Shown: positions 31,049 through 41,804, counted from the stretch's first letter. The stretch is 60,201 nt of DNA from Clostridiales bacterium (GCA_017513085.1 JAFWDK010000033.1:1-60201); one strand, 5' to 3'. Program-made: numbers and translations. Notes: a model not told the origin generated them from the letters alone.

Positions 31049-31383
31049 GACACAGACTCCTTTCAAAAAGACATATTGAAAAAATGCCCGGAACAGATGA
31101 TATTCACTAATCTTATTATAGTTGCTTTTTTTTTTGGGGGGGGAGAAAAATAATTGTGAATATTTAATGAACTTTCAGGATGAAATCTTCAACCACAAGA
31201 AGAACGGTATAGATCTACATTTTAGTAGAAAAAAATGCAAAGAATGACATGTTTGTTATATTCTTTTGAGGTCCCATCAATTATTATACACTATGGCAAG
31301 TTTTCATTATCAGGGGCAACAATTTACGAATCTGCTTATTACGGGAGACTAAAAGTGATAGGGCGGAAAGAAGGAGGAGACGA

Positions 31384-33315
31384 ATGAAGAAGACATTGGC
31401 CATAGTGGGGCTTAGCATGACCTTGGGCTTTGCCGGCGCCCTGGCCGGTATGCGACCGAAAACGGTGAGCGCAGATCAGAACGAACCTGCCGGTGCGAAT
31501 GAGGACGGCTCGGTGACGATCAATGAGACGAATTTCCCTGACCAAAACTTTCGTGAATATGTAAAGAAGATAATTGACGGAAATGGAAATAATTTTGTTG
31601 ATATAGATGAGCGCGGTGCGACAACAGAGATCCGGGTCGATACGACCAAGGTGCGTTCCGTAAAAGGTGTTGAATATTTCTATCAGTTGCAAACCCTGAT
31701 TGCGCATCCGGGCGAAGAAGACTGGTGCACGGATGATATGGGTAAAGGCAAGTTACAAGAACTGGATCTTCGGTATAATCCGAATCTGGTATTTCTGGAT
31801 TGTCAGCGTAACAGATTGAAGACTCTGGACCTTAGTGGCAATCCGAAACTGGAGTCTCTGGATTGCCAGCGTAACAGCCTGACATCTTTGGATCTCAGTC
31901 ATAATCCGGAAATCGTCGGACTTGAATGTAGTTACAATCAACTGACGTCACTTGACCTCCGCCGGCATACGAAGTTGATCGGCGTGCTCTGCGCCTACAA
32001 TCAGATCACTTATTTGGATGTGAGTAACGCACCACAGTTGGATACTTTTTCGTGTCAGGCGAATCAGCTCGTGGAGTTAAGGCTTGGCGCGAAACCGAAT
32101 CTGGTGGATTTTACTTGTGATGATAATAAACTTGCTTCTCTTGATGTCAGTGGATGTAAGATCGTCCAGTGGCTTGGCTGCAGCAGGAATCAGATCACGT
32201 ATATTGACGTAAGCGGAATTCCAACGCTTCAAGTTTTGGAATGTTCATATAATCAGATCGCCTATCTGGACGTTAGTCATAATCTCGAACTGCAAGGTCT
32301 CTTATGTCAAGCTAATCAATTGACCGATCTGGCACTGGGAGAGGACAAGAATCTTACGCATTTGAATGCCCACTATAACAGAATGACCAGGATCAATATC
32401 CATAACTGTGCGACGCTGATCGAGGAACTTACGGATCCGTCAATGGAAAAAAGTGTGGTTTCCGATGAACAAGGAGAATACTATCAGTACTATCTCGGTG
32501 GTGAAACTCCTGTTTTGACCGTGGATCTCAATACTGAAGTGATCATGCGCCCACCGAGACGTGGAGAAGGTCCGACGATAGAAGATTTTGTGGAACGTCT
32601 TTATACTGTCGCGCTTGGCCGGGCATCCGAAGCAAAAGGAAAAGAGTACTGGGTCAATGAAATCACGAGTGGAAGACGTACCGGAGGCTACTGTGCAGAA
32701 TTCTTCCTCACCGGTGAAGAGTTCATGAACAGAAAGCTCTCCACGGAAGATTTCGTCGAGACACTTTACAAGACATTCTTCAACCGTGCTTCGGAACCGA
32801 ATGGAAAAGCATACTGGGTAAATGCACTGAAGACCGGTGCTTACACAAAAGAAGCCGTTGTCAGAGGATTCATCGATTCCACGGAGTGGTGCAACCTTTG
32901 TGCAGACTATGGCGTACGTTCCGGTGCACCGACGGCGAAGGCAGAGAGAGCCAGTAAGAATGCGACTGACTTTGCCAAGCGTCTTTATACATGCTGTCTG
33001 AAGAGAAAGCCGGAGGACGCCGGCCTGAAGTACTGGAGCCTGGCGCTGACAAATCTCGAGCAGACCGGTGCCGGTGCGGCGAAGCGTTTCTTCGAATCGA
33101 AGGAGTTCCTGGATCTGAAAACATCCGATGAGGAGTATGTATCCCGTCTCTACACGACATTTATGGATAGAGAACCGGATCAGAGCGGATTTGACCACTG
33201 GGTAAAAGCACTGAAGAGTGGAACATCCAGAGCAGCTGTGCTGAGTGCTTTTGCTTCATCTCAGGAGTTTACGAATATCTGCGCGGAGTACGGCATCGAG
33301 CGCGGCGTGGTCTGA
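31384..33315 (+). CDS. Internalin-like LRR surface protein with C-terminal DUF4214-like repeats
   Basis: INETNFPDQNFR cap, 21-aa LxxLxCxxNQLTxLDxS repeats, FVERLY...LGR...G..YW repeats. Confidence 0.85.
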   Translation: MKKTLAIVGLSMTLGFAGALAGMRPKTVSADQNEPAGANEDGSVTINETNFPDQNFREYVKKIIDGNGNNFVDIDERGATTEIRVDTTKVRSVKGVEYFYQLQTLIAHPGEEDWCTDDMGKGKLQELDLRYNPNLVFLDCQRNRLKTLDLSGNPKLESLDCQRNSLTSLDLSHNPEIVGLECSYNQLTSLDLRRHTKLIGVLCAYNQITYLDVSNAPQLDTFSCQANQLVELRLGAKPNLVDFTCDDNKLASLDVSGCKIVQWLGCSRNQITYIDVSGIPTLQVLECSYNQIAYLDVSHNLELQGLLCQANQLTDLALGEDKNLTHLNAHYNRMTRINIHNCATLIEELTDPSMEKSVVSDEQGEYYQYYLGGETPVLTVDLNTEVIMRPPRRGEGPTIEDFVERLYTVALGRASEAKGKEYWVNEITSGRRTGGYCAEFFLTGEEFMNRKLSTEDFVETLYKTFFNRASEPNGKAYWVNALKTGAYTKEAVVRGFIDSTEWCNLCADYGVRSGAPTAKAERASKNATDFAKRLYTCCLKRKPEDAGLKYWSLALTNLEQTGAGAAKRFFESKEFLDLKTSDEEYVSRLYTTFMDREPDQSGFDHWVKALKSGTSRAAVLSAFASSQEFTNICAEYGIERGVV

Positions 33316-33436
33316 GCGGGTGCTTTTGGATGGGTGGAAGCATTGACAAAGAGTGCTTCTTGATGGTAAAAAGAGGAGAAAAACGGAGAAAATCGACGAA
33401 TTTTTGAAAATCTGTGAGATTTTTTGAAGAAAAGTG

Positions 33437-33465
33437 TTGACATTGGCACCTTGCGCATATATTAT
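33437..33465 (+). promoter_or_regulatory. sigmaA promoter of rplM-rpsI
   Basis: TTGACA-N17-TATTAT, followed by a GCCCT/AGGGC leader hairpin. Confidence 0.8.
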
Positions 33466-33527
33466 AGTGAAGCGCCCTGAGAGAAAGGGCTTTATGCGTG
33501 AACTATTTTAGGAGGAAGAAGTCCATT

Positions 33528-33962
33528 ATGAAGACATTTGTTGCTACACCATCAAATATCGAGAGAAAATGGTACATTGTTGATGCTTCCGGCAAGACAC
33601 TTGGTCGTCTGGCTTCCGAAGTGGCAACTGTTCTGCGCGGCAAGAATAAGCCGACATACACACCTTTCATCGATACAGGAGATTATGTAATCGTCATCAA
33701 CGCTTCCAAGCTCGTTCTTACAGGTAACAAGCTGGATCAGAAGATGTATCGCTATCACACAGGCTACGCTGGCGGTCTCAAGGAGACGGCATACAGAAAG
33801 CTTATGGATACAAAGCCGGAGAAGGCTTTCGAGTTGGCAGTAAAGGGTATGCTCCCGAAGAACGCTCTCGGACGTCAGATGTTTAAGAAGCTGAAGGTTT
33901 ATGCAGGCGCTGAGCATGAGCACGCTGCACAGAAGCCGGAAGTTCTGAACTTCGAAGCATAA
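33528..33962 (+). CDS. rplM: 50S ribosomal protein L13
   Basis: [36 protein letters not shown]. Confidence 0.98.
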   Translation: MKTFVATPSNIERKWYIVDASGKTLGRLASEVATVLRGKNKPTYTPFIDTGDYVIVINASKLVLTGNKLDQKMYRYHTGYAGGLKETAYRKLMDTKPEKAFELAVKGMLPKNALGRQMFKKLKVYAGAEHEHAAQKPEVLNFEA

Positions 33963-33982
33963 TATAGGGAGGAATAAGTTAC

Positions 33983-34390
33983 ATGGCTAAGAAAGCTACT
34001 AAAGTTTACTTCTATGGCACAGGTCGTCGTAAGAATGCTGTAGCATGCGTACGTCTTCTTCCTGGCACAGGTAAGATCACGATCAACGATAAGGATATGG
34101 ACGACTACTTTGGTCTGGATACACTGAAGCTCATCGTTCGTCAGCCGCTCGTAGCAACCGCTACAGAAGGCAAGTTCGATATCATCTGTAAGGCTGTCGG
34201 CGGCGGTATCGCAGGTCAGGCCGGTGCAATCCGTCACGGTATCTCCCGTGCTCTGGTTCAGGCAGATGAAGAAGCTTACAAGGCGATCCTTAAGAAGGCC
34301 GGTTTCCTCACACGTGACGCACGTATGAAGGAAAGAAAGAAGCCGGGTCTCAAGAAAGCTCGTAAGGCTTCCCAGTTCAGTAAGCGTTAA
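33983..34390 (+). CDS. rpsI: 30S ribosomal protein S9
   Basis: [26 protein letters not shown]-terminal QFSKR. Confidence 0.98.
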   Translation: MAKKATKVYFYGTGRRKNAVACVRLLPGTGKITINDKDMDDYFGLDTLKLIVRQPLVATATEGKFDIICKAVGGGIAGQAGAIRHGISRALVQADEEAYKAILKKAGFLTRDARMKERKKPGLKKARKASQFSKR

Positions 34391-34443
34391 TCGAGGGTTT
34401 ACTTCGGTTCTCGTCTTTCGGACGAATACAAGATTTCAATCAG

Positions 34444-34479
34444 GAAGACTGTCTCAGATCGAGGCAGTCTTCTTTTTTT
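34444..34479 (+). terminator. Rho-independent terminator
   Basis: GAAGACTGTCTC / GAGGCAGTCTTC hairpin plus T7. Confidence 0.85.
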
Positions 34480-34620
34480 GATTACGTGTGTGGGGCGGGC
34501 AAGTGCTTTTAGAGTAGTGCAAGTCATGACGGGAAAAAGTGCATTCTGTGCCGAAACGCTTGAAACAGGGGGATAAACCGATAGAATAGAAACTGGATAA
34601 AGTGAGAGGAGCAGCTGGTT

Positions 34621-35070
34621 TTGAAGATCCGATTGAACATCAGTGAGGATAAGTTTGACGAGGTCAAAGATAAACTTGTGAAGGCAGGTTTTGAAATCGA
34701 TGACAATGGTGAATTTGTGCTCACGGACGCTGAGGGCAGGAACACCTGGATCGAGGCGAAGGATACGGCCGGACAGAAGATGCGGATCGCGGTGGAGAAG
34801 ATCATCTACATCGAAAGCTTCGGGCATGACGTGGAAGTGCACACCACGGAAGGCCTCTTCTATGCAAAAGACCGTCTGTACCAGCTTGACGGAATGCTGG
34901 ATAAGGATCAGTTTTTTCGGGTCAGTAACTCCGTGATCATCTCACGAAAACATGTCACCAGGATCCGGCCGACGTTGTCGATGAAGTTTGTACTTACGAT
35001 GGAAGACGGCACGCAGGTGGATGTGACACGAAGCTATTATTATTCGTTTAAGAAGTTCTTCGGAATCTGA
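34621..35070 (+). CDS. LytTR DNA-binding domain regulator
   Basis: IIYIESFGH, FFRVSNSVII, VDVTRSYY. Confidence 0.85.
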   Translation: MKIRLNISEDKFDEVKDKLVKAGFEIDDNGEFVLTDAEGRNTWIEAKDTAGQKMRIAVEKIIYIESFGHDVEVHTTEGLFYAKDRLYQLDGMLDKDQFFRVSNSVIISRKHVTRIRPTLSMKFVLTMEDGTQVDVTRSYYYSFKKFFGI

Positions 35071-35097
35071 CCTAAGGTCAGGTGATAGGAGGTTGTT

Positions 35098-36174
35098 ATG
35101 CCAACAGAAATAGGTGAATTAAGCATGGATATGGGAGAAGAGACGGAACTTTTTTCCATGCCGTTTATTGTCTTTCTCATAATCCTTTTCGCTATTATCG
35201 TTCTTGCCGTGATCATTTCGATCCGCGTCTACCAGAGACATCTGGACCGTGTGGTCGAGGGTAAAGAACGGGACGTCCACACACACGTGGTGGAACCGAG
35301 GACAGTGCTGACATGGATCGTCGCAGGGCTTTTCGTGATCTTCATGATCAATACGATGATCGAGAATGCTGCACTCCGGACGCAGGTGGAGAATATGGAA
35401 CAGGAGCTCGCGCAGAATCAGCGAAGTATCTTGTACCGGCTCCAGGATCTGGAGGAGAAATTGGATAACCAGGATAAACTGGTGGACGAATATGACTTCT
35501 CCTTCGGAAAAATCAACACGCAGGAAAAGACGGTGGAAGTGCTTTGGACGGTGAGTCTGAAAGAATATACATCGGATACGATAGTAAGTATATCTTATGG
35601 TGAAAGCACTTGCACCCTGAGTAAAAAGGGCAGTAAGTTTGTCGGAACGATGCAGGCGCCGCTGTTTGAAGAGTGTGAGCGGCCGCTCCTTGCTGTTGAA
35701 ACAGATGACGGGATCAAGACGCAAGAACTGGAATCGACATTTTCCGGTGTATTGGGTGAACAGATCCTCTCGATGGCAGAAGATTGGAATAGCAGTTACC
35801 ACTCGGAGTGGACGACAGAAGGGAACCTGCATGTGTTTGGCGTACAGGGCGTGGCGGTGAAACACTGGCTCCCCAATGCGGATCTGACAGGCATTAAATT
35901 GACGTTTCGGTGTAATGATGTTGTGGCAAAATCGATTCCGATCCCGCTGAATAATGGAGATGAAGGAAGTGTTGAGTTCGACGAAAACTTTGCTGTGGAA
36001 GGTTCGGCAAGTTTTGATGTTTGGCTCGAAACGGAGCTGACTTGTGGGTGGACCGCATCAAAAAAAGTTGCCGAGTACAAACGTTCTTCTGGATTGACGC
36101 TATATGTGGAGCCGGTTTTGAATGTGTATGGTCCGAATGGTGAGATTATCCACACAGGGGAATATGAAGGTTAA
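35098..36174 (+). CDS. Hypothetical membrane protein (two transmembrane helices, coiled coil, extracellular domain)
   Basis: 358-aa ORF with RBS AGGAGG, directly after the LytTR gene. Confidence 0.65.
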   Translation: MPTEIGELSMDMGEETELFSMPFIVFLIILFAIIVLAVIISIRVYQRHLDRVVEGKERDVHTHVVEPRTVLTWIVAGLFVIFMINTMIENAALRTQVENMEQELAQNQRSILYRLQDLEEKLDNQDKLVDEYDFSFGKINTQEKTVEVLWTVSLKEYTSDTIVSISYGESTCTLSKKGSKFVGTMQAPLFEECERPLLAVETDDGIKTQELESTFSGVLGEQILSMAEDWNSSYHSEWTTEGNLHVFGVQGVAVKHWLPNADLTGIKLTFRCNDVVAKSIPIPLNNGDEGSVEFDENFAVEGSASFDVWLETELTCGWTASKKVAEYKRSSGLTLYVEPVLNVYGPNGEIIHTGEYEG

Positions 36175-36291
36175 GCGCGGCGGACCGGCTTTTCGGTCCC
36201 GGTAGGGTACTGCTGAAATCGCTCATTGTTATTTGGTCTCCTTTTGTGGCACAATAGGAGATGATATTCCAAATGATGAGGATGAGCGAAC

Positions 36292-37656
36292 ATGATCATT
36301 TACAATGCAGAAATATATACCATGGAGTCGGATGAGCCGATCCATAATGGATATGTGATCTTTGATCGAAAAAAGATCCTGGAAGTCGGTTCCGGCGATG
36401 GATGGCAGTCATGGATGGAAAAATTCGGACAGGAAAATCCGAACCTTTATATCCGCCGCGATTTTGCAGAAAACGACGAGCAGACGGAGACGATGCAGAG
36501 CCTGGATGCTAAAGGTGCGAGAGTCTATCCGGGATTTATCGACGCGCACTCACATCTAGGGCTTTTTGATGACAGCCTGACTGACGAGGGCAGCGACGGC
36601 AACGAGATCGTCTCTCCGATCTCACCGGACCTTCGCGCGATCGATGGCATCCACTATGCGGATGTGTGTTTCGAGGAAGCCAAGAACGCAGGCGTGACGA
36701 TGGTGGCGGCCGGCCCGGGAAGCGCAAATGTCGTGGGCGGTCAGTTCGCGCTCCTGAAGACGTATGCGCGCTCGCTTGACCGTGCGCTGGTCGACCCGTA
36801 TGTGGCCATGAAGGCGGCGCTCGGCGAGAACCCGAAGATGTGTTACGGAAAAGAGAATAAGGCGCCGCAGACCCGTATGGGCAGCGCAGCGCTCCTTCGA
36901 GGCGTCCTGATCGAGGCTATCGAATACTACGAAAAGAAAAAGCAGTCCGAAGAAAAATGGGCGGAGTATACTGCCGCGGAGGAAAAAGACTCGGATGACA
37001 AGCCGGAACGTCCGGACGTTTTCGAGAAAGACATGGAGCTTGAAGCCATGCTTCCGGTGATCCGCGGCGAAAAACCGCTGAAAGTGCATGCGCATCGCCA
37101 GGATGACATACTGACGGCAGTGCGTATTGCGAACGAGTTTAATCTTAAATATACTCTCGACCACTGTACGGAGGGACATCTGATCGCGGATATCCTCAAA
37201 GAAGAATACGAAGCCGGCCGAGCCGAAAACCGCGGGCGGGGAATCTTTACCGATGAGAGCAAGCCGCATGGCGGAAAACTCCTCGGAATTATCGTGGGAC
37301 CGGTCATAGGGGATCGCAGTAAGCCGGAGCTTTCGCATCTGACATTGTCCACGGCGGGCGATCTTGCGAAGGAAGGCCTTCCGGTCGCGATCATGACCGA
37401 CCATCCGTGCGTGCCCGAGCAGTACCTGACGCTTTCGGCGGCGCTCGCCAAGAAGGGCGGTCTTTCCGCGCAAAAAGCACTGGAGTCCATCACCATCCGT
37501 GCGGCGGAGATCCTGGGCGTGGCGGACCGGTTCGGTACCATTTCCGTCGGAAAAGCACCGGATCTGGTCATTATGACCGGTGATCCGTTCTCTCTGGACA
37601 GTGAAGTCCTGATGGTGATCGGAGACGGCCGTGTAGCCGTGGACAACAGAAAGTGA
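36292..37656 (+). CDS. Metal-dependent amidohydrolase
   Basis: PGFIDAHSHLG, KAALGENPK, HAHRQDDI, TDHP, GKAPDLVI. Confidence 0.9.
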   Translation: MIIYNAEIYTMESDEPIHNGYVIFDRKKILEVGSGDGWQSWMEKFGQENPNLYIRRDFAENDEQTETMQSLDAKGARVYPGFIDAHSHLGLFDDSLTDEGSDGNEIVSPISPDLRAIDGIHYADVCFEEAKNAGVTMVAAGPGSANVVGGQFALLKTYARSLDRALVDPYVAMKAALGENPKMCYGKENKAPQTRMGSAALLRGVLIEAIEYYEKKKQSEEKWAEYTAAEEKDSDDKPERPDVFEKDMELEAMLPVIRGEKPLKVHAHRQDDILTAVRIANEFNLKYTLDHCTEGHLIADILKEEYEAGRAENRGRGIFTDESKPHGGKLLGIIVGPVIGDRSKPELSHLTLSTAGDLAKEGLPVAIMTDHPCVPEQYLTLSAALAKKGGLSAQKALESITIRAAEILGVADRFGTISVGKAPDLVIMTGDPFSLDSEVLMVIGDGRVAVDNRK

Positions 37657-38174
37657 TGGGCAACGGCATGAAGACATGGCGCGGAAAAAGTATTTCTGTT
37701 GAGATGACGGAAGCGCTGGGTGAAGCGATGGGAAGTGTGGCCGTCCCTGGTGATGTCATTACTCTGGACGGAGACTTGGGTGCCGGAAAGACGGCATTTA
37801 CAAGAGGCTTTGCAAGAGGAATGGGACTTCGTTCACGTGTGACGAGCCCGACATTTACCATTGTAAATGAGTATAACGATAAAGACGGCGTGCCGAGATT
37901 GTTTCACTTCGATACCTACCGACTCGGAAACAGCGATGATTTTTACGACGCAGGCCTCGACGAATATTTCGAAAGAGACGGCGTGTGCGTGATCGAGTGG
38001 AGTAAAGTCATTGAAGAAGCTCTGCCGAAAAGAAGGATCCGCATGGAGATCGAGGGCAATGGCGACGAACGGACGATCACGGTTGCTTTTGGAGAAGAAG
38101 ATCTTTCCAGAATGGAGACCGTGAAAGAGAAGATGCAAGAAGGAGGAATGGGTTTTGAAGATACTGGCTTGTGA
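37653..38174 (+). CDS. tsaE: t6A tRNA biosynthesis ATPase
   Basis: LDGDLGAGKT, VTSPTFTIVNEY, HFDTYRL, VIEW. Confidence 0.93.
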   Translation: MMGNGMKTWRGKSISVEMTEALGEAMGSVAVPGDVITLDGDLGAGKTAFTRGFARGMGLRSRVTSPTFTIVNEYNDKDGVPRLFHFDTYRLGNSDDFYDAGLDEYFERDGVCVIEWSKVIEEALPKRRIRMEIEGNGDERTITVAFGEEDLSRMETVKEKMQEGGMGFEDTGL

Positions 38175-38919
38175 TACTTCAAACCGCGCATGTTCGTGTG
38201 CTCTTATCGAAGAGGGCAGCATCGTCGGCGCGAAGTTCATCAATAACGGACTGACGCATTCCCAGACATTCATGCCGCTGGTGCATGATCTTATGGAAGA
38301 AAACGATACGAAGTACGAGGAACTGGATGCGGTGGCATGCACCGTGGGTCCCGGTTCTTTTACGGGCATCCGTATCGGCGTGAGCGCCGTCAAGACGATG
38401 GCCATGGCGCTCGATATCGCGGCGGTCCCGGTTTCCTCGCTTCGTGCGATGGCTTACCCGCTGAAAGAGGAAGACGCGCTGATCGTGCCCATGATCGATT
38501 GCAGGAATCACCGTGCGTGGGCGGGTGGTTTCTATCATGATGAGCAAGTTGTTTCCGAACTTGCTTCCGACATTACTGAGATCCTCGAGAAGTGCCGCGC
38601 ATGGCGCGATGCCAACCTTCCCGGAAAGAAGATCATCCTGATCGGGAATGGTGCGAAAGTCGCGGCAGGGGAACTTCAAGCCGAGACGATGCCGGAGACC
38701 GAATGCAGAGAAGGCCACGAAGAGATCCGCTCCAAAGACGTGGCGGCAATCGCGGAAAAGACCGTAAAAGAAAACGGGACAAGTGCTTTTTCCGCGGAAA
38801 AACTGATGCCGGTGTACCGCGCGAAGACGCAGGCGGAGCGTATGGCGGCCGAACAGGGAAAACAGGTGGAGAACATTCCGATCCGATACTATAGTACAAT
38901 GGATGAGGAGACGAAGTAG
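38155..38919 (+). CDS. tsaB: t6A tRNA biosynthesis protein
   Basis: ILACDTS, THSQT, GPGSFTGIRIG. Confidence 0.93.
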   Translation: MKILACDTSNRACSCALIEEGSIVGAKFINNGLTHSQTFMPLVHDLMEENDTKYEELDAVACTVGPGSFTGIRIGVSAVKTMAMALDIAAVPVSSLRAMAYPLKEEDALIVPMIDCRNHRAWAGGFYHDEQVVSELASDITEILEKCRAWRDANLPGKKIILIGNGAKVAAGELQAETMPETECREGHEEIRSKDVAAIAEKTVKENGTSAFSAEKLMPVYRAKTQAERMAAEQGKQVENIPIRYYSTMDEETK

Positions 38920-38978
38920 GGAAAGGCTTGGTGGGAATAGGTCTTGGCCCAAAGTAATTGGACAAGGGGGTAACTGAA

Positions 38979-39428
38979 ATGGAGTTGGTTTTTGCGCGCG
39001 CGCAGCAGGAAGATCTGGAAAAGATCGCGGCGATCGAGCAGGTGTCGTTCCCGGATCCGTGGAGTGTGGATTCGCTCTGGACGTTTGCGTCGGATGATAC
39101 GGTGCGGACGTTGGTGACGGCGAAGGAGAAAGAAAGCGGAGATCTGGTGGGTTACTACGCGCTTCAATATGTGCTGGACGAAGCGGAGATCGCGATATTG
39201 GCGGTTGCCGTAAAATACAGAAGGCAAGGTGTCGGCAGGGAACTGATCGATGAGATCAAGAGCTTTTGCAAGAGAAAAAAGATAACGACTTTGCACTTGG
39301 AAGTGCGCTCGGAAAATGAGGCGGCGATCCACCTTTACCGGGCGATGGGTTTCGAGGAAGTCGGACGCAGAAGAGACTACTATGAGAAGCCTATTGATGA
39401 CGCGATACTCTTCTCTTTGTCCATTTGA
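38979..39428 (+). CDS. rimI: Ribosomal protein S18 alanine N-acetyltransferase
   Basis: IEQVSFPDPWS, YRRQGVG, LEVRSENEAAIHLY, RRDYY; follows tsaB. Confidence 0.88.
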   Translation: MELVFARAQQEDLEKIAAIEQVSFPDPWSVDSLWTFASDDTVRTLVTAKEKESGDLVGYYALQYVLDEAEIAILAVAVKYRRQGVGRELIDEIKSFCKRKKITTLHLEVRSENEAAIHLYRAMGFEEVGRRRDYYEKPIDDAILFSLSI

Positions 39429-39508
39429 CAGAATGACTAGAAAAGATGTGCAATCGCTGGGAATTTCACGCAAAAACACGAAATTAAAAACGGCGCTTCC
39501 GGAAAACA

Positions 39509-39537
39509 TTGACATTGAAGATAAGTGTAAATATACT
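39509..39537 (+). promoter_or_regulatory. sigmaA promoter for the HPr-like gene and uvrC
   Basis: TTGACA-N17-TATACT. Confidence 0.8.
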
Positions 39538-39625
39538 TTGCTTATAAAAGTAAAAGGCAGAGTTTGTGGCATCGTCAGGTGATGCGGACAAACAGAAAAT
39601 AGTGATACCTCAAGGAGGAAAAAAC

Positions 39626-39889
39626 ATGGTTTCTCAGACAGTTACTTTTCAGTGCGACGAAGCGCTCCAGATGAAAGCGGTAGCGATCCTTATCCAGAAG
39701 GCTTCAGCATTTAAGAGCAGCATCTATCTGACCAGAAGTGGCAGAAGAGCCAATGCGAAGAGCCTTCTTGGCGTGATGAGCCTCGGCATCGAGAATGATG
39801 CGGAGATCGAGATCATCGCGGATGGCGAGGATCAGGATGCAGCGATCGAGACATTGGTCGGATATCTCAACAATCCGAAGATCCAATGA
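39626..39889 (+). CDS. HPr-family protein, Crh-like (Gln15, Ser46)
   Basis: 87 aa, ANAKS46LLGVMSLG; His15 replaced by Gln; RBS AAGGAGG. Confidence 0.88.
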   Translation: MVSQTVTFQCDEALQMKAVAILIQKASAFKSSIYLTRSGRRANAKSLLGVMSLGIENDAEIEIIADGEDQDAAIETLVGYLNNPKIQ

Positions 39890-41757
39890 TCGGCGACGGC
39901 ACACCGACATTTGACGCCAGATTAGATATAGTACCTACGGATCCGGGAGTGTACCTGATGAAGGACGCCTCGGATTCTGTCATTTATGTCGGAAAAGCGA
40001 AGAATCTAAGGAACCGTCTTCGTAGTTATTTCGGTAAGAATCCGCAAGGAAATGCGAAGGTCCTGGCCATGATCTCCCATGTGGCGGATTTTGAATATGT
40101 GGTCGTGGGCTCGGAGCTTGAGGCTCTGCTTCTCGAGTGTAATCTTATCAAGCGGTATCAACCGCACTATAACATCCTCCTTCGTGACGATAAAGGTTTT
40201 CCTTATGTTTGCATCACGATGCAGGAGGAGTATCCGCGCATCATGAAGGTCTTCCGTCCCGACAAGAACATGGTGGGCGCGAAGTATTACGGTCCGTTTC
40301 TGGGTGGAGATCTTTACCGGGCGCTTTCTGCGCTTCGGGATATCTTTCCGACAAAGACCTGCCGCAAAGTGCTTCCGCGCGATATCGGGAAGGAGCGGGC
40401 TTGCCTGAATTATCACATCGGGCGCTGCGTCGGACCATGCCGTGGAGATGTGGCCGTGGAAGAATACCGAAGAGTTATGGAGAATATCTGCCGTTTCTTT
40501 GAAGGAAAGTACGACGGGATCTTGAAGGACTTGGAAGCGCAGATGCAGGAGGCTTCAGAGGCCCTGGATTTTGAAAAAGCGGCGGTCTTCCGTGACCGCC
40601 TTTCCGCACTTCGGACCGTGATGGCGGGGCAGAATGTGTCTTTCCCTCGTGCTTCGGATCGTGACGCGATCGGTTTTTATCGTGATGCCGGAGAGATCTG
40701 TTTCCGGAAACTGGAACTTCGCGGCGGCCGTATTATCGGCTCTTCGACCTATTTCCTGAAAGATGAGGGAGAGAGCGAGGAGGCTTTGATCGAAGCTTTT
40801 CTTATGCAGTATTATCCGACGGCGGCAGAGATCCCGAAGGAGATCCTGACCTCTGTGGAATTGGAAGATCACGATGCCGTTGAAACAGCGATCTCGGATA
40901 TGGCCGGGCATAAAGTGAATCTTCATGTGCCGCAGCGGGGAGATGGCTCGCGACTTCTGGATATGGCCGGTGCGAATGCAAAAGAAGCTCTTCGCAGAAG
41001 GATACTTCGTGTGGGCAATTCCAATGCCGGTATCGATACGGCATTGAAAAGGCTTAGCGAAAAACTGGGGTTGCGGGATGTTCCGACGAGAATCGAATCT
41101 TACGATATCAGTAACCTTGGTAACGATGACCGTTGCGGTGGAATGGTGGTATTTACCGATGGCCGGCCGGATAAACAATCGTACCGTCTTTTCAAGATCA
41201 AAACGGTGGAAGGTCAGGATGACTATGCATCTATGCGGGAAGTGCTTTCGCGGCGGTTTGCGCATGCGGGCGATGAGCATTTCGGCAAGATGCCGGATCT
41301 GATCCTGGCAGATGGTGGAATCGGTCAGGTCAATGCGATCTACGATGTGCTTGCGGAATTGGGGCTTCAAGACAAGGTCCAGCTTGCAGGCATGGTAAAG
41401 GATAGGCGCCATCGGACGCACGGACTTGTGAACCGGGATGGCGTGGATGTGGATCTCGAAGCGGAGGCGAGAGAGGATGAAGACGCGATGGCGCTTTTCC
41501 GTCTGATCACGGCCGTGCAGAATGAAGTGCACCGTTTTGCCATCACGTACCAAAGAAAACTCAGCAAGAAGCGTAATCTGACGTATAAACTGGAGACGAT
41601 CCCGGGCATCGGTGAGGCGAAGCGTAAGAGCCTTATGAAACATTTCGGTTCCATCAAGGCGATGCAGAGCGCGGAGGTGGACGAGCTGATGAAGGCGGAG
41701 CGCATCTCGCAAAAAGATGCCGAGGCGATCTATCGGCATTTTCACGAAGAAAACTGA
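39886..41757 (+). CDS. uvrC: Excinuclease ABC subunit C
   Basis: GIY-YIG PGVYLM...IYVGKAKNLR, UVR domain, RIESYDIS, PDLILADGG, HhH IPGIG. Confidence 0.96.
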   Translation: MIGDGTPTFDARLDIVPTDPGVYLMKDASDSVIYVGKAKNLRNRLRSYFGKNPQGNAKVLAMISHVADFEYVVVGSELEALLLECNLIKRYQPHYNILLRDDKGFPYVCITMQEEYPRIMKVFRPDKNMVGAKYYGPFLGGDLYRALSALRDIFPTKTCRKVLPRDIGKERACLNYHIGRCVGPCRGDVAVEEYRRVMENICRFFEGKYDGILKDLEAQMQEASEALDFEKAAVFRDRLSALRTVMAGQNVSFPRASDRDAIGFYRDAGEICFRKLELRGGRIIGSSTYFLKDEGESEEALIEAFLMQYYPTAAEIPKEILTSVELEDHDAVETAISDMAGHKVNLHVPQRGDGSRLLDMAGANAKEALRRRILRVGNSNAGIDTALKRLSEKLGLRDVPTRIESYDISNLGNDDRCGGMVVFTDGRPDKQSYRLFKIKTVEGQDDYASMREVLSRRFAHAGDEHFGKMPDLILADGGIGQVNAIYDVLAELGLQDKVQLAGMVKDRRHRTHGLVNRDGVDVDLEAEAREDEDAMALFRLITAVQNEVHRFAITYQRKLSKKRNLTYKLETIPGIGEAKRKSLMKHFGSIKAMQSAEVDELMKAERISQKDAEAIYRHFHEEN

Positions 41758-41804
41758 TATAATGACTATGCTTATAAAATCAACAAGAAGGAGGAAGAGG
41801 CGGT

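Noticed and set aside
8013-33315. Repeat-rich surface genes as diversity-generating retroelement or shufflon targets
   Set aside because: No reverse transcriptase or invertase in the window and no adenine-specific template/variable pair seen; the repeats diverge at all bases.
34495-34570. LytTR-type direct repeats upstream of the LytTR gene
   Set aside because: Only weak AGTGC repeats, without a convincing 9-bp repeat at 21-bp period.
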